Below are positions 21,939 through 32,580 of a stretch of 64,000 bases of DNA, in pieces. The DNA is from a virus. The number at the start of each line of letters is the position of its first letter. The stretch's first letter is position 1. The notes under the pieces are model-generated. The model had not been told where the DNA came from. It did not search any database and was given only the letters and a program-made list of their open reading frames with translations. The stretch is taken from positions 1-64,000 of the IMG/VR virus record IMGVR_UViG_3300030329_005813; one strand, 5' to 3'. The translations under genes and the position numbers were made by a program.

Positions 21939-24676
21939 TTGTCAATTCTTTTTAGACTGCCTTTGACAATATCAATCACCTTAACGCCAGGAACCAGCTT
22001 TGAACTATTGATTTCTGGAACAAGTGTTTGCGATACATACGTGCTCGGTCGTGATATATCAGACTCCGGGTGAAACTTTATTTTTGCCTCAATGACGCGG
22101 CTACCATAAGATCTTCGACTTTCCTCGTGACCAACGACTGTAACGCCCTGAATAGCACGGATACGATTTAGCTTCTGCTCAATACCGCCGCCAGCTTTCG
22201 GGTCGATCTGGAGTTTTAAAGTAACTTGAAATAATCTTGTTTCAAAGCCCGTTTGCTCTTGCAACAGTTTCTTTTTAAGCACCTTGCGAAGCGCTGCCTT
22301 TATCATCGATTCGTTTAACGGTGTGGGCATACCGGGAGACCATCCTTCCCTATCGGCTCGTTTTTGTCGAGCAGCAGCAGCTTCTCGACTTTTCTCTTCA
22401 GCAAGTTCATAAAGATCTTTTGCAGTATCGGCTGCTGCTTGATACAATACATCAATATGCTCATCTAGGAATTCCAGAAAGGCACCAGCACGCAAAAAAT
22501 CGTCCTCGGGAGTCTTGGGTGAAAGTTTAAGCTGAAACATAAGCCCGACCATAAGAGCTTTTTCGCCCATCGAGGATGGAAAGGCTTCCAGTCTGGTTTC
22601 GAAGCTCCAGGGCATCATTTGCCGCATATTCTTGGGCTTTGGCTGGTATTCCTTGGCGAAGGGCAGGGCCATTTGCTTATTAGCATATATAAATGCCTCA
22701 TTTGCAAGCTTCTTGAAAGCAATACGAATTTGTGCGTTGACTGCATCCTGATTTAACGATAAGTGCCTTGTTAACAAAAGACTAGCGTTATTTTTGGGGA
22801 ACTCGGCCACTTTATAATGACCCGGAGTTTGTGGCTTGATAAGCAATTTATCCGCAGGAATATCAGGCTTAATATCAATGCCATCACCAGGATCAGACTC
22901 GTCATAAAGAACCTTAAGGTTTTTGAATCCACCAAAATCTTCTGTAGTGTACCTTTCCACGGCTTTCTCAAATGATCCCGGGGGAAGATAGCCGTCTTCG
23001 ATCAGCACTTGACGTATGATAGCATAAATTTTGTTATAACCAGAATCAAAATCGCGAGCAAAATCATCAACGTGTTGATCAAACTCATCAACGGCGTCCA
23101 TTCCGGGGCGTTCAAACTGAAAATCCACCATAACTTCAATTGATAGTTTATTTTCGTTTTCATCATCATACGCTTCGATTCTGCTTTCGCCAGAAGTGTA
23201 TATATTGCTATTATACATTGCAGTTTCAATTATTTCAGCGAAATCACGAACGGCTTGCCAAGACGACCCGTTGCCAGGAACGTGGGTTCGGCCTTCTTTA
23301 TCCGCAAATTCATCGTCGTATGAGTAAATAAATATAACACTAGCTCCCCCTTGAACATAAAAGGGGATCTCCATATCCCAGCCCTCTTCCACGTCGCCGT
23401 GGACACTAGTGGCTTCTGATTCTTTGTTTGCGTTAAATGCTTCTATAATGTCTTCGATACGCTCGGCTGCTCGATCCATTTGCGCTTCCACGCCTAAACG
23501 GTTCTCATCAAAGTAATCTTCGTGTGCGTAGGTTACTCCCTCATAATCCTCATAGGCTTGCTTTTCAAAGGGGGTGTCTTCAAAAAGCGCAGAAATAAGG
23601 TCACCTATCGACCCACCGGACTCTACCTGATCCACATACTCACCGCCAATGCGAATCCAATCACCAGGGTCTAGAATATCACTTTTTAAGTTGCCCTCTT
23701 CGTCAGCCCAAACATTTTTTTGTTTTTCGCGCATCCACTTACGAACGGTGGGCAGAAAGTCTGGGACTTTCACACCATAGACTCTATTCTCGACAACACC
23801 AAAGTCCTCGCCTGTATCTGCATTATATAATTTATAAATACGTACACGGCCAACAGGTTCGGGTCCATCGACCCCAACGTCGTGGTCGCCGAATATTTCT
23901 TCGGCGTTAATGTTATTTATTAAGTCGTATTCGTCAACGTCCGAACCTTTTACTAGGTATGCGACCATACCGTGCCCCTTGGATTCGTTAATGGCGCAAT
24001 TAAAGTGAGAGGAACCTTCGGAATGGCAGGAACGCGTTAGTCCAAAGTCGGACATTCGAGCGACATCGATGGGGTGGCGCGAAACAACAATATGCAGTTT
24101 CGTTTCTGTTGCGCCGGCAAACCCATTAATCCACGGTTTTAAGAAATATTTTCTAACGTTTTCCATCTCGCGGAGGCTATTTTGGTTCTCTTTCCACCAA
24201 GCTTTATCTGCATCTGTTCCAAATTTTTGCACCAATTTGCCTAACGATACTTTTTGTGTGCGTGTTATTTCTTCGCCGGCTCTTGGGCCTTTAGGGATAA
24301 CCTTTACTTCTTCTTTCTTCATATCAAGTACGGGAACTTCCATAGGGACAGTATATTCTTGACCCCCACCAAGCATACGCATTTTCTGATCGACCGTCCT
24401 AAATGTAAAAGCCGGCTCCCAACCTTGATCTACGATGCGTTTAAAAAGGTTTGTGCCTTCGGTTTGCACATCACTACCAATAGGAAAAATAGCTCGCATT
24501 GTTGTCTCATCACCAAATATATCATTAAAGGAGTATCTTGGTGTATGACGACCCGGTGTACCATCTGCAATATATTTCCTAACTAACTTGCGGCTTGCAC
24601 TCGTAAGCTCGGATATTTGCTTCTTCTCTTCAAGCACTTGCTTCTTGAAGCTAGAAACCATCGTATGAAAATCCAT
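21935..24676 (-). CDS. Large (913 aa) hypothetical protein, probably virion-internal
   Basis: Long ORF; LxE motifs (VLEE, ISE, LNE, LQE); ACTAATTA motif upstream. Confidence 0.7.
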   Translation of the reverse strand: MDFHTMVSSFKKQVLEEKKQISELTSASRKLVRKYIADGTPGRHTPRYSFNDIFGDETTMRAIFPIGSDVQTEGTNLFKRIVDQGWEPAFTFRTVDQKMRMLGGGQEYTVPMEVPVLDMKKEEVKVIPKGPRAGEEITRTQKVSLGKLVQKFGTDADKAWWKENQNSLREMENVRKYFLKPWINGFAGATETKLHIVVSRHPIDVARMSDFGLTRSCHSEGSSHFNCAINESKGHGMVAYLVKGSDVDEYDLINNINAEEIFGDHDVGVDGPEPVGRVRIYKLYNADTGEDFGVVENRVYGVKVPDFLPTVRKWMREKQKNVWADEEGNLKSDILDPGDWIRIGGEYVDQVESGGSIGDLISALFEDTPFEKQAYEDYEGVTYAHEDYFDENRLGVEAQMDRAAERIEDIIEAFNANKESEATSVHGDVEEGWDMEIPFYVQGGASVIFIYSYDDEFADKEGRTHVPGNGSSWQAVRDFAEIIETAMYNSNIYTSGESRIEAYDDENENKLSIEVMVDFQFERPGMDAVDEFDQHVDDFARDFDSGYNKIYAIIRQVLIEDGYLPPGSFEKAVERYTTEDFGGFKNLKVLYDESDPGDGIDIKPDIPADKLLIKPQTPGHYKVAEFPKNNASLLLTRHLSLNQDAVNAQIRIAFKKLANEAFIYANKQMALPFAKEYQPKPKNMRQMMPWSFETRLEAFPSSMGEKALMVGLMFQLKLSPKTPEDDFLRAGAFLEFLDEHIDVLYQAAADTAKDLYELAEEKSREAAAARQKRADREGWSPGMPTPLNESMIKAALRKVLKKKLLQEQTGFETRLFQVTLKLQIDPKAGGGIEQKLNRIRAIQGVTVVGHEESRRSYGSRVIEAKIKFHPESDISRPSTYVSQTLVPEINSSKLVPGVKVIDIVKGSLKRIDK

Positions 24677-24770
24677 TAATATACTCTCCCGCTTTAGTAA
24701 TTAGTTTCGGATAAAAAGAAAGGCACCCCCGTTTGAGGATGCCTAGGAAAAAAATGGCGCGATAAAAAAA

Positions 24771-25187
24771 TCAGTCGATTTCGATTCGACGAGCAACTGG
24801 TATTGTTTCGTCGTTTTTCGGGATTACGACTGTCAAAATACCATTTTTGTAATTGGCTTCGATCCCTTCAGATTTCACATCCTTTGGCAAGGTCCAAGAG
24901 CGAGAAAAAGACTTCTGAAATCGGAAGTTTGAATTTTCGCTGGTGTCATGATCAAAAGAAACGCTGATTCGGCCATCGCCGATATCTACCTTTAAATCTT
25001 CCTTTGAAATGCCTGGGGTGGCTACCGTGATTATGTGTCTCCCATCGACGTTATCAGTGTGGACGCGGGGGCCGCGAACATTACTAACAGGACGTGTCAT
25101 CGGATCAAACGCTTCGAAGATATCGAAGAAATCTCGGAACTCTCCTAACAGTGGTGAAAGACTAGGGTTATACTTAACAAGTGACAT
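24771..25187 (-). CDS. Hsp20/alpha-crystallin small heat-shock protein
   Basis: PGISKEDLKV...FSRSWTLP...ANYKNGILTVVIPK. Confidence 0.92.
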   Translation of the reverse strand: MSLVKYNPSLSPLLGEFRDFFDIFEAFDPMTRPVSNVRGPRVHTDNVDGRHIITVATPGISKEDLKVDIGDGRISVSFDHDTSENSNFRFQKSFSRSWTLPKDVKSEGIEANYKNGILTVVIPKNDETIPVARRIEID

Positions 25188-25252
25188 ATTTTATTCTCCT
25201 TTTTAGGGGCGTCTCCCCTCTCATAATAAAGATAAACACCCATTCAAAGATG

Positions 25253-25603
25253 TCAAGCCCTTTTATAATCATCTTCTAAACGAACTACGTCGTCAATCTC
25301 TGGGGTGCTCACCTCGATAAGTTCAACGTCCGTGCCGTGCTTTGGCGCCTCGAATCTATGCACCACACCGGGCTCAATCCTGTAAGAATCTCCTTCCGAC
25401 AACACTAGAACCTCTTGCGACTCTTCGTCTCCAATATGCAAGTTTAATACACCACTAAGCACATAAATTGTTTCGTCTTTCTGTTCGTGGTACTGCAAAG
25501 AAAGGCGATGACCCCTATAAATATGCAACAACTTCCCTAAATAGTTTTCATTAACTGCCCATCGATCCTCGAAACCCCAGGGCTTTTCTACCACTCTACT
25601 CAT
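25253..25603 (-). CDS. Cupin (mannose-6-phosphate isomerase type II C-terminal-like)
   Basis: VEKPWG, LSLQYHEQKDET, HRF, EVST...DDVVRLEDDY. Confidence 0.85.
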   Translation of the reverse strand: MSRVVEKPWGFEDRWAVNENYLGKLLHIYRGHRLSLQYHEQKDETIYVLSGVLNLHIGDEESQEVLVLSEGDSYRIEPGVVHRFEAPKHGTDVELIEVSTPEIDDVVRLEDDYKRA

Positions 25604-25604
25604 A

Positions 25605-25982
25605 TCATCTCCAAAATATTTGTATCGCCATTATCAAACAAGACAGGGCAACACACACCATTGTCTTCGCAGTAAACATACTTTCATTTGCCAGCCACCA
25701 AGTTAAGAATGGGAAAGTTAAATAAGACATCCCGAATCCCAAAAACCTTGGTCCCCACAGCTCATCCATCGCCATAAAACCATATTTTGTTCCGTGCCAG
25801 AAAAATAGCGAGGCTGGGATCCCAAAGAACAAAGCGGACATTAGTGGTTTATCCGACCACCACTCCCATATGATTTGTGAACTAGAGGCGAACCATACAC
25901 AAGTTTGGCCCCCAAACATAAACAAGCAGGCCAAAATCATATAATAGTTTTCACTGACTAGTATTGAAATTTTCTGGATCAT
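25605..25982 (-). CDS. Small multi-pass membrane protein (DMT/EamA-like)
   Basis: Four hydrophobic helices. Confidence 0.6.
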   Translation of the reverse strand: MIQKISILVSENYYMILACLFMFGGQTCVWFASSSQIIWEWWSDKPLMSALFFGIPASLFFWHGTKYGFMAMDELWGPRFLGFGMSYLTFPFLTWWLANESMFTAKTMVCVALSCLIMAIQIFWR

Positions 25983-26385
25983 ACGCCCACCTTACATAGT
26001 CAAACAAGTTCTTCTTAATAAAGTTATGCCAAAGTTTTAAATCCAGTTTAATTCCAAGCGAATCGGCCAACTTTCTTCCTTCTTCCCACGCTACTACTTC
26101 TTCTCTTACCACGTCAACTCTGCGAGAAATTGATTTATTCTTTATCTTCTTACCATATGGAAACACTTCTTTATAATTGTCTCTTGACCTTATAACAGCG
26201 TGTCCAGCCTCGTGCAGCATAGAATATAACTGCAATCTTTTTGATTGCTTTGTGCTAATAGAGATGCTAGCGTGACCGTTGTTCCAGTACGCATTTGGTT
26301 CGTCATCAGCAAATATAACATCGATATTCATTTCTTCTTGCAAGAAATATAATATTGTATCAATGTCTTCTTGAAATTCTCGCAA
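25951..26385 (-). CDS. HExxH metallopeptidase (ImmA/IrrE-like)
   Basis: LHEAGHA...EEVVAW. Confidence 0.7.
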   Translation of the reverse strand: MREFQEDIDTILYFLQEEMNIDVIFADDEPNAYWNNGHASISISTKQSKRLQLYSMLHEAGHAVIRSRDNYKEVFPYGKKIKNKSISRRVDVVREEVVAWEEGRKLADSLGIKLDLKLWHNFIKKNLFDYVRWAYDPENFNTSQ

Positions 26386-26388
26386 AAA

Positions 26389-26664
26389 CTATCCTCGCAG
26401 AAGAGTCTTGTTATTGATACCAAGCTTTTCTTTAATGTGATTTAACTCACCTACAACTGTGATATCAATACCGGATTGTCCTCTGTCGACGTATAGCTTA
26501 GTAAATCTTTGATTTTCGTCCAAACCACTGGGCAGCTTTCCCTCTCTCAGTACATTCAGCATCCTATCATCTTGCCTCATAGCAACTACGTGCTTTGGGT
26601 TGATGTAGACCTCACCTAAATGATATCCAGTTAAATTCTTATGTACTTCCACTAACTTAATCAT
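26389..26664 (-). CDS. Hypothetical protein (FlbD-like pattern)
   Basis: MIKLVEV...VYINPKHVVAM. Confidence 0.55.
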   Translation of the reverse strand: MIKLVEVHKNLTGYHLGEVYINPKHVVAMRQDDRMLNVLREGKLPSGLDENQRFTKLYVDRGQSGIDITVVGELNHIKEKLGINNKTLLRG

Positions 26665-27052
26665 TTTTTCCCTCCAATAACTTTTCTATCTCAGAGTCTG
26701 ACAACTCCATACCTAAACTTTGTAGATTCTTCTTTACTTCCTCTAGGCGCTCATTTAGCTTTGCAGCGTTAGCCGGTGGTGCGACATTAACACTTGAATT
26801 TTCTGCCTGAATACGAGCAGAAATCAGGCCCATTACATCGTGCAATCTATAATCAGCTTGTGCCAAAGTCTGTCGGATTTTAGCTATTTCTCGCAAAGCA
26901 CGGTCGAACTCTTGACTATCAATAATCGCGTTTGCTTCTATCAAGTCTATAGAATAATTTTCTATATAATCTTGTGAACTGGTTAATAGGCGGCAAAGCT
27001 CTTTAACGAACTCATCCTCCCCTACAGAATATAAAATGTTATATCTATTCAA
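26657..27052 (-). CDS. Hypothetical helical protein
   Basis: ORF track. Confidence 0.6.
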   Translation of the reverse strand: MNRYNILYSVGEDEFVKELCRLLTSSQDYIENYSIDLIEANAIIDSQEFDRALREIAKIRQTLAQADYRLHDVMGLISARIQAENSSVNVAPPANAAKLNERLEEVKKNLQSLGMELSDSEIEKLLEGKND

Positions 27053-27053
27053 C

Positions 27054-28625
27054 TCAACTCTCCAAGATAGAGTAGCCCGTCATAATAAGGGTTCCAGCAG
27101 CAGAAGCGGCGTTCTGTAAAGCTACCTTTGTAACTCTAGCCGGATCTATGATTCCTTCTTCGATCATATCGCACTCTCGCTCCTCGCCAAAGTTAAACCC
27201 TCTAGAACCATCTAAAGATTGCACTATATTCTCAATGATATCTGCGCTAAGTCCTGCGTTCTTTGCCATTTGTCGAATCGGCTCTCTGATAGCCTCCGCA
27301 ACGCACTGAGCGCCAATCGCCTGATCTTGATTATCAACCTTAACTTCTAGATCTTTGAGAACTCGCAACAAAGCTACCCCACCGCCAGGGACGATTCCCT
27401 CTAGCTGCGCTGCCTTAACGGCCTCTAAAGCATCTTCTATGCGATGCTTCTTTTCTGTCATCTCTACTTCAGTTGCGGCTCCGACACGAATAACGGCAAC
27501 ACCAGAGGCGAGGCGCGTAATACGCTCTTGAATCTTTTCGCTCTCCGGGAAGGTTCGGGCTTCATCAAGCTCGACCTTAAGAGCCTCGATCTTTTCGTTG
27601 ACTGCGTTTTCGTCTCTGCCACCATCAACAACTGATGTTTGATACTTGCTAATCTCAACCTTAGAGCAAGTTCCTAAATGTTCCAGCTTAACTTCTTCTA
27701 GCTTTAAACCTGAGTCTTTGGTGATATAAGAAGCTCCCGTGGCCAGACAAAGATCACCCAGAATGTTTCGGCGCTCTGCACCATATCTAGGAATCTTAAC
27801 CGCAGCCACTTTCATTGAGCCGCGAACCGTATTCATAATTAAGGCCGCCAAGGCTTGACCTTCCACCTCGCTGGCGACAATAACTAATGGCTTATTCTCG
27901 CGAGCTACCTGCTCAAGTACTGGGAGGATATCTTGCACATTCTCTATCTTCGCGTCGGCAACAAGAACAAACGCATTTTCATACGACACTACACCTCGGC
28001 GCTCGTCAGTAATAAATGCTCCTGCTGCATAACCTCCCGGGAAGCTAAACCCTTCCTTAAACTCTAGAGAAGTTTCGGCTGTCCCGGCTTCTTCAATAGT
28101 AATCGATCCATCCTTTCCAACACTATCAACCGCGTTAGAAATGAGGGTGCCAATAGAAATGTCGTTATTGGCCGAAATAGAGGCGATATGCTCTATGTCT
28201 TCCTTACTTTGGATAGGAGTAGCCAAATCAGTAAGGCGCTCAACAATCTCCTCTGTTGCCTTATCAATGCCACGTTTAATTTCAACGACGCTTGAGTCGT
28301 TAACTAAGTGTTTATGTGCATTTTTAAGAATAGCTCTAGCCAATACCGTAGCTGTAGTTGTTCCATCGCCAGCACTAATATTGGTATTTTCAGATGCTTG
28401 CCTAATCACTTGTGCGGCGGCGTCCATAAAAGGGTCTTCTAAAATTACAAACCTGGAAACAGTCACGCCATCCTTGGTAATAAATGGGGGCTTTCCTTTC
28501 TGCCTCAGGAGAACATTTCTCCCTTTGGGTCCGAGCGTACTAGCTACGTTATCGGCGAGCACATCTACACCTTCAATGATCTTCTTGTGCAGAGAAGAAC
28601 CATTATCATATCTTACTGTCAACAA
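27054..28625 (-). CDS. groEL: Chaperonin GroEL
   Basis: TLGPKGRNV, TKDGVTV, AGDGTTTATVLA, GIVPGGG, GIIDP. Confidence 0.96.
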   Translation of the reverse strand: MLTVRYDNGSSLHKKIIEGVDVLADNVASTLGPKGRNVLLRQKGKPPFITKDGVTVSRFVILEDPFMDAAAQVIRQASENTNISAGDGTTTATVLARAILKNAHKHLVNDSSVVEIKRGIDKATEEIVERLTDLATPIQSKEDIEHIASISANNDISIGTLISNAVDSVGKDGSITIEEAGTAETSLEFKEGFSFPGGYAAGAFITDERRGVVSYENAFVLVADAKIENVQDILPVLEQVARENKPLVIVASEVEGQALAALIMNTVRGSMKVAAVKIPRYGAERRNILGDLCLATGASYITKDSGLKLEEVKLEHLGTCSKVEISKYQTSVVDGGRDENAVNEKIEALKVELDEARTFPESEKIQERITRLASGVAVIRVGAATEVEMTEKKHRIEDALEAVKAAQLEGIVPGGGVALLRVLKDLEVKVDNQDQAIGAQCVAEAIREPIRQMAKNAGLSADIIENIVQSLDGSRGFNFGEERECDMIEEGIIDPARVTKVALQNAASAAGTLIMTGYSILES

Positions 28626-28680
28626 ACACCTCTTTGTTTATATTATATTATAACCACTTATTAAACAAATGTCAAGTAAT

Positions 28681-30375
28681 TTATACATCCGAAACTTCTT
28701 TTGTTCTTGTCTCGATGTCATCTGCCGCTTTAATAGCAGTTGCAGCTTTATTATCATCTCGTAGGCCATTTGCAAAGTATTCATTTAAATTTTCTGTGAG
28801 ACTCTTCAAGGAACTAAAAATAGAATAAATATTCTCATCTAAGACACTCTGACAGTTCCTCAAGACATTCTCGATATGGGATGAACCAATATTAATTTCA
28901 CCCAGATAACGAATGTCAACCAAGCTATCAGAAGTTGACTCGGCTCGGTTCAATTCAAATTGTTGTGTCTTAAGATAGCCCATCGTGTACTTTAGAGCTT
29001 TTCTTTTGGTCTCTTCATCTTGTGCGTTATACCAGTCTCTCGAACGGGCAGCAAGAGCCTTAACTGCTTGAATTTCTGGGTTCTTTTTGCCGCTGCCTGA
29101 TGGTATTTTTTGTGGAAAAATGCCACGCTTTTGAAGATCTTCAATGCCCGTTCCCTTTCGAGCATTAATCTCGGCTTGCTGGCCCACAGTTGAAATATAC
29201 GCATTATTAATTACATTTAGCGCCGAAGCGATCTCTGCATTTGAAACTCTTCCGGTTTCAGGGTCTGTAATTAGTGGCGTGATCATATCCTTATTCGCTC
29301 TAGACGTTCGGTTGATAGCGCCAGACCCGGTTACCCCAAGCGAACCTTCACTCTGATACCCAATGAGGGGACTATTAACAATATTTCTAATTTGGAAGTC
29401 CTTAAGTCCCGAGTCCTTCCAGGCTTCAGATGTACTCAAAATCCTACGCATAGCCTGATCGATCTGTTCAACATTAAATGTAACCGGCTCTTCTAAGTCT
29501 TCGATGTTAGCAACCAGTTGTAATTCACCATTATCATCTTCTACTAGGGGTAGAATAATGTTGGCATTAGTGTGGGCGCGGCTGGCTCCTGCAATAATGT
29601 TAGCAATATTGTCTAGCGTAAAATCAAACTCGAAGAACTTAATACCGCCCTCTTGCTGACCGGGCTGACCAGCGAGAGATTTGGTACAAACAACATATCG
29701 CATACCCGCACCATCTGGATGGGAAAATTTAGGATCTACCAAATCACGAACCAAATCAGTAAAACTGCCGCCAACGGCAACTGTTTTCTCAGCATACAAT
29801 TTAAGACTGATAGGGATATTCTCACCCGTCTTAAAATCTGCAATTGTGCCAGTATTAGCCTTAATCTGTGAACCGCCGAGCAAGGTAGCCAAGAAAGCCT
29901 CAAATGTAAAACCAGCCGACGCAGCATTAAAGTTAGTAATAATTCTTGTCAGTGTTTTATAAAAAACCAAAAACGACAAAGTTCTGCTAATCATTTCTGT
30001 AGTTTTTTCAGATTCAATTTGATTAAAACCACTTTCATAAAAAGAATCTAGAGCCTTAATTTTTGCAGCGAGATCTCCACCGGGTGCAATATTGTTCAAA
30101 TAATTTTCTAAAAGAGCACGTTGATCGCCAGTGACCTCTGTCCCCTCATCGGTTTCAAGCTTATTCCAGCCAAGCTCTGTGAGAGGAATTTCTGGGATGC
30201 CCGTATGGCTAATCGTTACTGATTGCTGGATTCTTTCGTTGACCGGAGTTCGCAAGTCTTGAGCTTCACTTATAACCTCGCGTACAACCTCAGAAAGAAT
30301 CTTTAGTGTATTATTTTCTTTGTTAGCAAAATGATTTTCAATCAATAAATCCCAATTTGTGTCCATAGCCATCAC
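28681..30375 (-). CDS. Hypothetical protein, probably virion-associated
   Basis: 564 aa; N-terminal LIE/LSE/ISE motifs; ACTATTTA upstream. Confidence 0.65.
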   Translation of the reverse strand: MMAMDTNWDLLIENHFANKENNTLKILSEVVREVISEAQDLRTPVNERIQQSVTISHTGIPEIPLTELGWNKLETDEGTEVTGDQRALLENYLNNIAPGGDLAAKIKALDSFYESGFNQIESEKTTEMISRTLSFLVFYKTLTRIITNFNAASAGFTFEAFLATLLGGSQIKANTGTIADFKTGENIPISLKLYAEKTVAVGGSFTDLVRDLVDPKFSHPDGAGMRYVVCTKSLAGQPGQQEGGIKFFEFDFTLDNIANIIAGASRAHTNANIILPLVEDDNGELQLVANIEDLEEPVTFNVEQIDQAMRRILSTSEAWKDSGLKDFQIRNIVNSPLIGYQSEGSLGVTGSGAINRTSRANKDMITPLITDPETGRVSNAEIASALNVINNAYISTVGQQAEINARKGTGIEDLQKRGIFPQKIPSGSGKKNPEIQAVKALAARSRDWYNAQDEETKRKALKYTMGYLKTQQFELNRAESTSDSLVDIRYLGEINIGSSHIENVLRNCQSVLDENIYSIFSSLKSLTENLNEYFANGLRDDNKAATAIKAADDIETRTKEVSDV

Positions 30376-30392
30376 TCCTTTCTATAAATAGT

Positions 30393-30782
30393 TTATTTCA
30401 GTTCAAAATGCGGCAGATCCATAAATGTTTGGTCATGAACTTGTGTATCACCATCCCAATCACCGCCCCATCGAAGTTCAATTCCCATTTGGCTAGCAAT
30501 ACCCTTTACATAACCGGCAAAAAAGTAAAACCTTTCTTTATCATTCCAGTCAATCGGGTATGGTGCAACGTCAACAGCGTTTGAGGGGTTGGAGTTGTGT
30601 TTTGAGTTTGGAAACTTTACTTTTGACCTTCCGGTTCGATAATACTCATCTTGTTTCTTTTTTGAACGATTGCCCTCCAGCACGGTGCAGTCAAAATGTT
30701 TAATGACCTCGTTAAAGACTTTCTGTAAGTCGGAATGGCAAGTTTCAAGTTTGCCTCTAGATCGTTTTCCAAATTTTGGCAT
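30393..30782 (-). CDS. Peptidase M15 endolysin (L-Ala-D-Glu type, T5-like)
   Basis: EGNR...SKH...AVD...RWGGDW...DLPHFEL. Confidence 0.9.
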   Translation of the reverse strand: MPKFGKRSRGKLETCHSDLQKVFNEVIKHFDCTVLEGNRSKKKQDEYYRTGRSKVKFPNSKHNSNPSNAVDVAPYPIDWNDKERFYFFAGYVKGIASQMGIELRWGGDWDGDTQVHDQTFMDLPHFELK

Positions 30783-30793
30783 ACTATACTTCC

Positions 30794-31447
30794 TTATACA
30801 ATAACATCAGCAATACCATACTCAACAGCTTCTTCCGCCGTTAAATAGATATTAACTTTCTTCTTAAGCAAAGCTCTTAATTGTTTTTCTGTCATTTTAG
30901 TCTCTTCGCACAATGCCTTGATATGTAACTCTTGAATATATTTAATTTCTTTCATTTCATTATCAAGTTGATGCATAGGTCCAACAGACCCACCGATAAC
31001 TGAATGCATCATAATACGGCAGTGCTTACCAATCTTTCGCTTTCCCTTGGTTCCGGCGGCAAGAAGTAAAACTCCCGCAGACATAACTTTGCCAATGCCT
31101 AAAGTTTCTATTTCAACTTCCTTTCGGATTATTCTCATCGCATCGTAGATAGCAAACATATCATCGGCATTTCCACCATTTGTTGAAATAACCATCTCAA
31201 TAGGCTGCATCACCTCTTCTACTTCGCTACTAATATCCTCTGGATCCGTAAGTTGTTCGGTCTTGGCTGTAAAATTCAAGTACCACAAGCCACTCATAAC
31301 TTCTTTGGCTAAATCCTCGCTGATATCTCCGTATATTGCAACGGTTCTAATCTCTGGGTCGGGCATATTGATCACAATCGATTTTGCCTCGGTAACCTCC
31401 GAACTTTCGTCGCTCGGTTTATCATTTTCAAATTTTCTACGCATCAA
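30794..31447 (-). CDS. clpP: ClpP-family protease
   Basis: ISTNGG, GKVMSAGVLLLAAG, RIMMH, YLTAEEAVEYGIAD. Confidence 0.85.
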   Translation of the reverse strand: MMRRKFENDKPSDESSEVTEAKSIVINMPDPEIRTVAIYGDISEDLAKEVMSGLWYLNFTAKTEQLTDPEDISSEVEEVMQPIEMVISTNGGNADDMFAIYDAMRIIRKEVEIETLGIGKVMSAGVLLLAAGTKGKRKIGKHCRIMMHSVIGGSVGPMHQLDNEMKEIKYIQELHIKALCEETKMTEKQLRALLKKKVNIYLTAEEAVEYGIADVIV

Positions 31448-31833
31448 AGCTCCTTGTGTCCTCTTTTATAGATGTCGTCTAATAATTTCATTGCCGTTTT
31501 CCAATCAACATAGTTTGGAAACTTCTTGAAGTTCTCGGTATAAGCAGCTAAAAGATTGCTTACTGCGGAGTTTTTCCACGCAGTAAAGTTATAATCATCG
31601 ACGTTCTTTGTCATTTTAACTGTGTTCTCGGGAAGTTCTAAATCTTTCATAGCCTGGTATTTGATGGCTTGTATGTATGATATGGATTCTGCTGTAGAAG
31701 CTAGCATAATAAGAGCACTTTTTTCGGCCTCGCTAACATATCTATGCACTCCAGCCAGATCCCATATAAAAGATAACACATAACAGATTAAAAAGCCAGC
31801 AAAAAATCCAACAAAAAAAAGATAATATTCCAA
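31444..31833 (-). CDS. Membrane-anchored hypothetical protein
   Basis: N-terminal transmembrane segment. Confidence 0.6.
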   Translation of the reverse strand: MEYYLFFVGFFAGFLICYVLSFIWDLAGVHRYVSEAEKSALIMLASTAESISYIQAIKYQAMKDLELPENTVKMTKNVDDYNFTAWKNSAVSNLLAAYTENFKKFPNYVDWKTAMKLLDDIYKRGHKEL

Positions 31834-31896
31834 AATAACCTCAAAAAAAAACCACGGCCACGAAGACCATGGTTTTTAGTTTATTTATTTATCGAC

Positions 31897-32517
31897 TCAC
31901 TTCTTTTGGAGACGCTGCATAATAGAATCAGCAAGAGAATCAATCATCTGATCTCGCTTCTGATCTCTAGCCTGCTGGTCTTTCATCTCCGCAAGGCGGC
32001 GAGTAACGCGGTTCATCGTCTCGTTAACGATGGCTTCCTCGTCCAGGACGTCCAAGCCAGGAATCTCGTCGTCTTCAACGGCCTCGGGGCCTTCATCGCC
32101 GGGAAGCTCCGCCTCGGGCTCATCCTCGATTGTGGCCTCGCCCTCAACACCGTAGGGAGCGAGGGCCGCGAGCATAGCGTCAGCAGCAGCCTCAACAGCC
32201 TGCTCCAGCGCGGAGACGGCCTCGGCAGGGAGTGCATCCTCAGCGGGGGCGTCGTCGGCATCCAAGTCATCCAAGACCGGCTCGTCGGCAGGCTCTTCCA
32301 TGGCGTCGTCATGCATCTCCTCTTCCATGCCGTAATCGCCCTCGGCAACGACTTCATCGCCCTCGGCAACCACCTCGTCGCTTTCAGCCACGACTTCTTC
32401 CTCTTCCAACGTAGCGGAATAGGTCTCGTTAATAAAATTGTCGGTCAAGCCCTCAATATTGGCATACTTCATAAACTGACGGACAGTTGCTTCACTTAAA
32501 AGGTCTTTCTTGCTCAT
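31897..32517 (-). CDS. Highly acidic prohead core/scaffold-like protein
   Basis: Glu/Asp-rich with repeated VAE/LxE motifs; C-ending codon bias; ACTATTTA upstream. Confidence 0.6.
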   Translation of the reverse strand: MSKKDLLSEATVRQFMKYANIEGLTDNFINETYSATLEEEEVVAESDEVVAEGDEVVAEGDYGMEEEMHDDAMEEPADEPVLDDLDADDAPAEDALPAEAVSALEQAVEAAADAMLAALAPYGVEGEATIEDEPEAELPGDEGPEAVEDDEIPGLDVLDEEAIVNETMNRVTRRLAEMKDQQARDQKRDQMIDSLADSIMQRLQKK

Positions 32518-32580
32518 TTAAAAATATCTCCTGAGTTGCGCTCACTACAATAAATAGTCTTTATAGAATAGAAAAGCACT

